Shown here in pieces: positions 36,564-41,804 of a DNA stretch of 41,804 bases. The position numbers and the translations under genes are program-made. A model generated the notes under the pieces. That model was not told where the DNA came from and did not search any database. It saw only the letters and a program-made list of their open reading frames with translations. Within the stretch, counting starts at the first letter, position 1. Every line of letters starts with the position of its first letter. The DNA comes from a virus. Lineage: Duplodnaviria; Caudoviricetes. The DNA lies in IMG/VR virus record IMGVR_UViG_3300043411_000280, positions 1 to 41,804 of that record. One strand, given 5' to 3'.

Positions 36564-36580
36564 GATGTTAATTATGCAAC
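36564..36580 (-). promoter_or_regulatory. Operator-like site overlapping a -10-like CATAAT upstream of the MTase/terminase operon
   Basis: Minus strand GTTGC-ATAATTA-ACATC. Confidence 0.35.
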
Positions 36581-36593
36581 AGATGGCCGACGT

Positions 36594-36787
36594 ACACCTG
36601 TGCACCTATGACGGCATTTTCCTATACGCGCCCGTTTTCTCGTGTGCGCCTTCGCGCGTTCCCGTTCTTCCCTTTTATTCCTATATATATACAAATAGGT
36701 GTCATAGGTGGATAGGTGGATGAAACCCAATGAAATCAAGGCTTTCAAAGGTGACTCCTATTTTTATCAGGTGTCATAGAGGTGTCA
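36594..36787. other. Putative replication origin
   Basis: Mostly non-coding gap after the primase gene. It has ATAGGTG x3, AGGTGTCA x3, the inverted pair CACCTATGAC/GTCATAGGTG and a central AT-rich TATATATATA tract. Confidence 0.6.
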
Positions 36788-39006
36788 GGAACATACAAAA
36801 GGCGGGTATTCCCCGTCCTTTTCGACTGCTCACCATTCAAACGACGCATCACAATACCCCCTTTTGTGACCTCAGCCTTCGAACAATTCAGTTTTCCTAG
36901 TGACACCATCACCTCAGTGGCACTCCTCCACCGCCACATCGGACGAGGGTCGGACCACTTCAAGCCATTAGTAATTAATTCTTCAATTGGGTCAATTACC
37001 GTGAAGTCCTCGTTGTGGTCATTCAGGAGCGCCATCTCGGACGCGGTGAGGAACCAAGACTCGCCAGGCACGAACAGCTGCTCGTAGACCTGAGCCCAAA
37101 CCTGCTGCATGTTCACGTTGTGGTCGTGGTCCAAACGCTCGCACTCGATGGTCCAATACCGCCGGTTGCCGGTATCGTCATGCAGGTAGTTCTTCGGGTT
37201 CACGGACGCAAAGAACACCGTGCGACGGGCAAACGCCGACTCCTTACGGGCATAGGCACGACGCAAAACGTCGCGGTCCGAGGTAAGGAACGACTTAAGC
37301 GCGGCCACGTCAGACTTGCGAAAGGTGGCGTCGATCTCGCCCAGCTCCACCAGCCAGTTCGAGACGCACTTCATCACCGAATCACGGTCGTCAGGGCGCA
37401 GCAACATGCCGTCCTTGAGCACGCCGATGGACTCAGGTACCAAGGACTTGAACCATTTGGTCTTGCCCACGTACTGCGCACCTTGGAAAACAAGCACACC
37501 ATGGGCTGAAACGCCGTTCGGGCGGAAGGCTGCCGCAATGGCCGAGATCATCCAACGGGTGATGAACGCGGTCTTCATGGCCATGATGCGGTGGTCAGCA
37601 TCCTCGCCCTTGGCTTTGACAGTGGCAATAAGCTGGGCCAGATGGTCCTGACCGTCCCAAGGCGAGCTGGTCACCCACTCGGCCACAGGGTTGTAGAGGT
37701 TTTGGTCGGCAAGGTAGGTGACGTAGTCCGGCACGCGGTCGACGGGCATCTTGAACTTGGCGCACTCGGACAGCAGCCACGACAGGCTGGCGTTTTGCCG
37801 GTTGTCGAGCGAGAAGCCAGCACCAGGGATGAGGATTTCCTCCTCCTTGCTGATGACGTTGTAGCGCACGATGATGCCCAAGCGCTGGCAGATGGTGGCC
37901 AAGTTCTCAATGGTCGAGAGCGGCTTGCCCTTGTCGTTCGTGTCGGGCAGGAAACCGTAGTAGTCGATGGGTGCAGCGGCTACCGCTTGAGAGAGCACGG
38001 CACCGCTGCTTGCGGGGTTGTTCGTGATTTCCACCGCTGCTGCGCCGGTCGAAGACAGGTCACTCGCCGCATTGACCTGCCCAGGATTATCCTCTGGCTC
38101 GAAGTCGCGTGGTGGCCGTGGGTCTTCAAAACACATGCGAACGCCATCAAGGCCCTCGTCGGCGTGCAAATCGTTGAAGTCTGTACCGGTCTGCTCGTTC
38201 ATCCAAACGGGCCAAGCAACCATGCCACCAATCGCACGGGCAGCATCAGCGCCAGCCGTCATGCCAGGGTTGCCCTTGGTCTTGAAGTCGTCGTCGCAAC
38301 CGATGATGACCAGAGCCTCTGGCAAAGCCTTGCGGATTTTCATGGCCACAGGCTCAAGGTTGCCAGCGTTGAACGCCACCACTACGCAGTAACCCGTAGC
38401 CAAACGGATGGACATGCCAGTGGCCCAGCCCTCACAGATCACCACAGGCCCGTGCTTCGACGGCTTGCCCAGCACAGTGTAGGCACCGGCCATGGGCGTG
38501 CCCTTGAGAAAACGCTTCTCGCCATCAGGCATGATGCGCTGCAACCCGACCAACGGGCCAGGACCATGACGCACTGGGATGAGAAGCTCACCATTCAGGA
38601 CACGCGTGCCCTCGGTGCCGACCATCTTGCGCTCGGCATACGGGTGGCTCACCTCCTGAGCCTGCTCCCACATCTGGGCAGCACGCACAGCGCACTCAGC
38701 GTGCTCACGAGCCATATCGGCCTCGCGCTGCGCCTTGGCGTCGTCCATCTTCTTGCGCCATGCACGCTTCTCTTCGGGCGTGAACTCGCGCTTGTTTTTT
38801 GACGACCACGTAGCATCCACCTGCCCACGATTGCAGCCAAACCGGCCAGCAGGGCGCTCGTCGTCGTGAAACACATACCAGCCAGCCTTGTCGCGCGGAT
38901 TCCCGTTTGAGCTAAAGCGCTGGATTTTGCCGTCACCAATGATCTCGTCGGGCGGTGTCAACCCAGCAGCAGCAATGGCGTCTCTAAATTCTTGTTGTGC
39001 ATTCAT
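36745..39006 (-). CDS. Primase-helicase (Toprim + VirE/VapE-like SF3 ATPase)
   Basis: ICEGWATG, GCDDD and TDFNDL (Toprim); GAQYVGKT (Walker A), ELGE and TGNRRYW. Confidence 0.93.
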   Translation of the reverse strand: MNAQQEFRDAIAAAGLTPPDEIIGDGKIQRFSSNGNPRDKAGWYVFHDDERPAGRFGCNRGQVDATWSSKNKREFTPEEKRAWRKKMDDAKAQREADMAREHAECAVRAAQMWEQAQEVSHPYAERKMVGTEGTRVLNGELLIPVRHGPGPLVGLQRIMPDGEKRFLKGTPMAGAYTVLGKPSKHGPVVICEGWATGMSIRLATGYCVVVAFNAGNLEPVAMKIRKALPEALVIIGCDDDFKTKGNPGMTAGADAARAIGGMVAWPVWMNEQTGTDFNDLHADEGLDGVRMCFEDPRPPRDFEPEDNPGQVNAASDLSSTGAAAVEITNNPASSGAVLSQAVAAAPIDYYGFLPDTNDKGKPLSTIENLATICQRLGIIVRYNVISKEEEILIPGAGFSLDNRQNASLSWLLSECAKFKMPVDRVPDYVTYLADQNLYNPVAEWVTSSPWDGQDHLAQLIATVKAKGEDADHRIMAMKTAFITRWMISAIAAAFRPNGVSAHGVLVFQGAQYVGKTKWFKSLVPESIGVLKDGMLLRPDDRDSVMKCVSNWLVELGEIDATFRKSDVAALKSFLTSDRDVLRRAYARKESAFARRTVFFASVNPKNYLHDDTGNRRYWTIECERLDHDHNVNMQQVWAQVYEQLFVPGESWFLTASEMALLNDHNEDFTVIDPIEELITNGLKWSDPRPMWRWRSATEVMVSLGKLNCSKAEVTKGGIVMRRLNGEQSKRTGNTRLLYVPDTSMTPDKNRSHL

Positions 39007-39035
39007 ACCTGGCTCTCAAAACCGGCGATAAAAGT

Positions 39036-39093
39036 GGGGCAGCACTCGCCAGGGTCATGCTTCGTCGCCTGATAGCTAGTCAGACCAAGCCCC
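39036..39093 (-). ncRNA. Putative 3-stem (c4/CI-like) regulatory RNA in the primase leader
   Basis: P1 GGGGC/GCCCC, P2 GUCUGA-CUAGCUA-UCAGGC, P3 AGCAU-GACCCUGGCGA-GUGCU. The P3 loop is complementary to downstream UCGCCGG and GCCAGG. Confidence 0.6.
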
Positions 39094-39099
39094 GAAAGA

Positions 39100-39130
39100 A
39101 ATGTACCATAGTTATTGCACTTTTCGCAAC
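39100..39130 (-). promoter_or_regulatory. Putative primase promoter with overlapping operator
   Basis: Minus strand TTGCGA (39129-39124), 18-bp spacer, extended -10 TGgTACATT (39108-39100); operator GTTGC-GAAAAGT-GCAAT (39130-39114). Confidence 0.6.
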
Positions 39131-39426
39131 ACCCACAGAGCAGATTCGACGGACCGGACCACGTCGGCCAACGCGCCACGCACCCGCATTGCGTTGAGAA
39201 ACGACAGCTGCGCAGGAGAGATGCGACCGGTGGCGGTCTTGACCTCGAGGAAAAACGGACGGCCATCGTTGGTGAAGCCGAATAGGTCCGAGAAACCGAC
39301 CGGCAGGCCAGACTTCACCGGACGGCCGTCGCGCGTGTAGAACAAGCCGACGTTGGCGCGAAACACCATGTGGCCAGCCTCAGACAGCGCCAGCATGATC
39401 GAGCGCATCAGGTCCGCCTCAGACAC
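39112..39426 (-). CDS. VRR-NUC nuclease (Holliday junction resolvase-like)
   Basis: E..L...I..AL, FRANVG, G.SDLFG, FLEVKT..GR.S..Q..F; GTG start after GGAAAGG. Confidence 0.9.
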   Translation of the reverse strand: MSEADLMRSIMLALSEAGHMVFRANVGLFYTRDGRPVKSGLPVGFSDLFGFTNDGRPFFLEVKTATGRISPAQLSFLNAMRVRGALADVVRSVESALWVLRKVQ

Positions 39427-39673
39427 GGGTGGCCTTTCCATGGGCATGGACCGCACGCACCAGCGCAGCGAACGCGTTGCCAGCAGCGTCGCCGCGTCGT
39501 TTCGAGATGCCAGCGATGTACTCGCGCCGAGCATGGATGCTGGGCATGGCCAACACGTGGCGAGCCTCACACTCAGCACGCCAGTCCTCGCAGAAGTTGC
39601 ACACCACACGCCCATCGATGAGCGTCACCACCGGACCAGGCTCACAGCGCTGGCAGCCTAGACACTCATGCAC
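39419..39673 (-). CDS. Hypothetical phage protein
   Basis: EDWRAECEARHVLAMP..RREY...RRG motif; overlaps both neighbours; start codon uncertain. Confidence 0.7.
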   Translation of the reverse strand: MHECLGCQRCEPGPVVTLIDGRVVCNFCEDWRAECEARHVLAMPSIHARREYIAGISKRRGDAAGNAFAALVRAVHAHGKATRV

Positions 39674-41054
39674 GACGCGCATCCTTGGCATGGCGAGCAC
39701 GCATTACGTGACGGGCCCACAGCTCGGGACGCTTCATGCCGCGCTTGCGACCGATGGCGATGAGATCGTCCACCGTGAAGGCTTTGCCCTGCTCCTGCTT
39801 GCGAGCCTTGACCGCCTGAGCCTCGGTGACTTCCTCCAGCTCGCCGTCCACCTGCTTGAGCTCGCGCTCCACCACAGGGAACTCGTAGCCACAGCCGCAA
39901 TGCGTGGCCAAGGACGACACGGTGGCAAAGCACTCGGCGCACGTTTTGACCGGCACCTCAGATTTTTTCTCGCCACGCTTCTTGACCGAGCCGTCCAGCG
40001 ACCACAGCCGCTCCTCGTCCGGCAGGCCATGGCGCTTCACGTTGCCAGCGTGGTCAAGGATGATGGCCTCGGTCTTGCCAGGGAAGGTGCGCAGCGCACG
40101 CCCGACCTGCTGCAAGTACAAGCCCAGCGACTGGGTGGGTCGCAACAGGATGGCAGCCTCGATGGCCGGCACGTCGAAACCCTCAGAGATCAGGTCGCAC
40201 GACGCGAGCACCTGAACCTTGCCAGCCGCGAACTCAGCCAAGATGGCCGAGCGCAGGTCACGCTCCATGGCACCGTCGATGGCACGCGCAACGATGCCGC
40301 TGGCGTTGAACTGGTCCGCCACGTTTTGAGCGTGCTTCACCGAAACGCAAAACGCCACAGCGCGACGGCCATCAGCCAGCCGCTTGTAGTGCGACACCGC
40401 GTCGCCGGTCACGGACGGCTTGTCGACCGCAGCCTCAAGCTCGCCACGCACATAGTCGCCCATGCGGGTGTGCACGCCAGACAGATCGACACCGGCAGGC
40501 GCAAACAAACGGTACGGGCTCAGCGCTTCCAAGCCGATGAGGTCACGCATCGATGGACCCTGCACCATGCACTGAAACAAATCGCCCAGACCTTCGCCAG
40601 ACAAACGGATGGGCGTGGCCGTGACGCCTAGCAGCTTGGCCTGTGGATAAGCTGTGATCACCTTGCCCCACGTGCTATCGCTGATGGCGTGGTGAGCCTC
40701 GTCCACGATGATGAGGTCCGGCGCAGCATAGCGGTCCATGCGACGCACCAGCGTGAACACCGAAGCCACCTGCACCTGAGCATGGCGGTCGCCGAGATAG
40801 CTGGGCGCGACCATGCCGTGGGCCACACCGAACGACGTGAGCGTGCGCGAGATCTGCTCCAGCAGCTCGACGCGGTGGGCAAGAATCCAAACGCGCAGGC
40901 CCTTCTCCACAGCCTTGCTGGCCATGTACGAGAAGCAAACTGTTTTGCCGCCACCAGTGGGCAGCACAAGAAGCTGGCTTGTTTTGCCTGCGATGAAGTT
41001 GGCACGCGTGCGCTCGATGAGCGTGTTCTGGTAGGTTCGCAGGGTGATTGTCAT
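39666..41054 (-). CDS. SF2 DEAD/DEAH-box helicase with a C-terminal zinc finger
   Basis: LRTYQ, PTGGGKT, DEAHH, TATP, EGFDVP, QQVGRALR, CAEC..CGCG. Confidence 0.95.
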   Translation of the reverse strand: MTITLRTYQNTLIERTRANFIAGKTSQLLVLPTGGGKTVCFSYMASKAVEKGLRVWILAHRVELLEQISRTLTSFGVAHGMVAPSYLGDRHAQVQVASVFTLVRRMDRYAAPDLIIVDEAHHAISDSTWGKVITAYPQAKLLGVTATPIRLSGEGLGDLFQCMVQGPSMRDLIGLEALSPYRLFAPAGVDLSGVHTRMGDYVRGELEAAVDKPSVTGDAVSHYKRLADGRRAVAFCVSVKHAQNVADQFNASGIVARAIDGAMERDLRSAILAEFAAGKVQVLASCDLISEGFDVPAIEAAILLRPTQSLGLYLQQVGRALRTFPGKTEAIILDHAGNVKRHGLPDEERLWSLDGSVKKRGEKKSEVPVKTCAECFATVSSLATHCGCGYEFPVVERELKQVDGELEEVTEAQAVKARKQEQGKAFTVDDLIAIGRKRGMKRPELWARHVMRARHAKDARRA

Positions 41055-41302
41055 GCGTTACCCCTTGCGCGGATGGCTTTGGCGCAGTGCATGGGGCCAG
41101 CAAATGCCAAGCGGCCACCGTTCTCACAAATGCGATTGACAGACTCCCACTTGGCTCGCTCAAAGTCATCGCACACCACTGCACACGCCTCACGCTCAGC
41201 AGCCACAGCCTCAGCCACCAGCTGCTTAACAGCCTCAATCTGTGCCAGCGCAGAAGGCAGCCCAAGCGCCAGCGCCATGCCGTGTATATCAGTAGGGTTC
41301 AT
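41051..41302 (-). CDS. Hypothetical phage protein (AEREACA..AIRARG family)
   Basis: AVAAEREACAVVC..CAKAIRARG; ATGA-coupled to the helicase. Confidence 0.75.
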   Translation of the reverse strand: MNPTDIHGMALALGLPSALAQIEAVKQLVAEAVAAEREACAVVCDDFERAKWESVNRICENGGRLAFAGPMHCAKAIRARGNA

Positions 41303-41493
41303 TTAATCCTCATCTGTTTAGAGCGGTACATGAAGCACACAGGACCAGGCACGCGCTCAAGGATGCCAGCACGGTACAAGCGCCCAAGCGACGCGTTGCT
41401 GAGCCGACGCACACCGGCACGCTTGGCGATGTTGCTGGGCAGCTCGTAGCGATCGACCGACACGATGGACGCCAACTGGCGGTCAGAAACCAT
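41299..41493 (-). CDS. Small winged-helix-like protein
   Basis: IAKRAGV...SLGRLYRAGILER..G..YR; coupled to both neighbours. Confidence 0.65.
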   Translation of the reverse strand: MVSDRQLASIVSVDRYELPSNIAKRAGVRRLSNASLGRLYRAGILERVPGPVCFMYRSKQMRIK

Positions 41494-41746
41494 GCTCGGC
41501 GGCTTTCAGAATCAAGTCCTCGGCCACCAAGCTCAAGCCACGCGCACGAGCAAGCGCCAGCACGCGGCCCTGCATCGAGGTGGGGATAGCACCGCCAGTG
41601 CCGCCCTCTTCTTTGGGCATGCGCCAACGGCTGATGCTGGATTGATTGCGGCCAAGCTCACGCGCAAGAGCACGCACGCCACCAAAGGCAGCGATGCACT
41701 TGTCCGCAGGCGTCTCGGCTGGGGTTTGATTTGTTTCAGTATTCAT
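41483..41746 (-). CDS. Cro-like (YdaS/carph-isopro type) HTH transcriptional regulator
   Basis: IAAFGGVRALARELGRNQSSISRWR..GTGG.IP..L..A..G..L..EDL; first gene of the - arm. Confidence 0.85.
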   Translation of the reverse strand: MNTETNQTPAETPADKCIAAFGGVRALARELGRNQSSISRWRMPKEEGGTGGAIPTSMQGRVLALARARGLSLVAEDLILKAAEHGF

Positions 41747-41804
41747 GCGGCCATTGTAGCAAAAAACGCAACGCGTTGCATTTGTTGCAATTCAGCAACT
41801 CAAT
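41678..41804. repeat. Terminal direct repeat (copy 2), circular overlap
   Basis: Identical to 1-127. Confidence 0.95.

Noticed and set aside
39036-39093. tRNA gene
   Set aside because: It has only three stems, and no T-psi-C loop, anticodon-arm geometry or CCA end; treated as a regulatory RNA instead.

Overview
Apparently complete circular genome (41,677 bp plus a 127-bp assembly overlap) of a short-tailed dsDNA phage with a BPP-1/epsilon15-type morphogenesis module. The host is probably a proteobacterium, possibly a freshwater betaproteobacterium (inference only). Two transcription arms diverge from a promoter/operator region at about 60-190. The + arm (197-6639) carries a YqaJ exonuclease, a Tad1-family anti-defence sponge, RecT, an excisionase-like HTH and many small coupled ORFs. 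The - arm (41746 down to 6630) carries a Cro-like regulator, SF2 helicase, VRR-NUC nuclease, primase-helicase, a putative origin, ParB-methyltransferase, terminase, portal, scaffold, capsid, tail and ejection proteins, tail fibres and lysis genes. I found no integrase, CI repressor, DNA/RNA polymerase, tRNA, CRISPR array or DGR. Main points of interest: (1) a 3-stem RNA in the primase leader whose loop is complementary to two downstream sites, one next to the start codon, resembling c4/CI antisense RNAs; (2) a 2752-aa polyvalent ejection protein with a DdrB-like ParB domain, two ADP-ribosyltransferase-like domains and a zincin peptidase, the last three lying between 22-bp direct repeats; (3) a Tad1 homologue with its own promoter, placed between the exonuclease and RecT; (4) a 17-bp GTTGC-N7-GCAAC operator-like palindrome at most predicted promoters. 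All family calls come from motif recognition by eye, not database searches.
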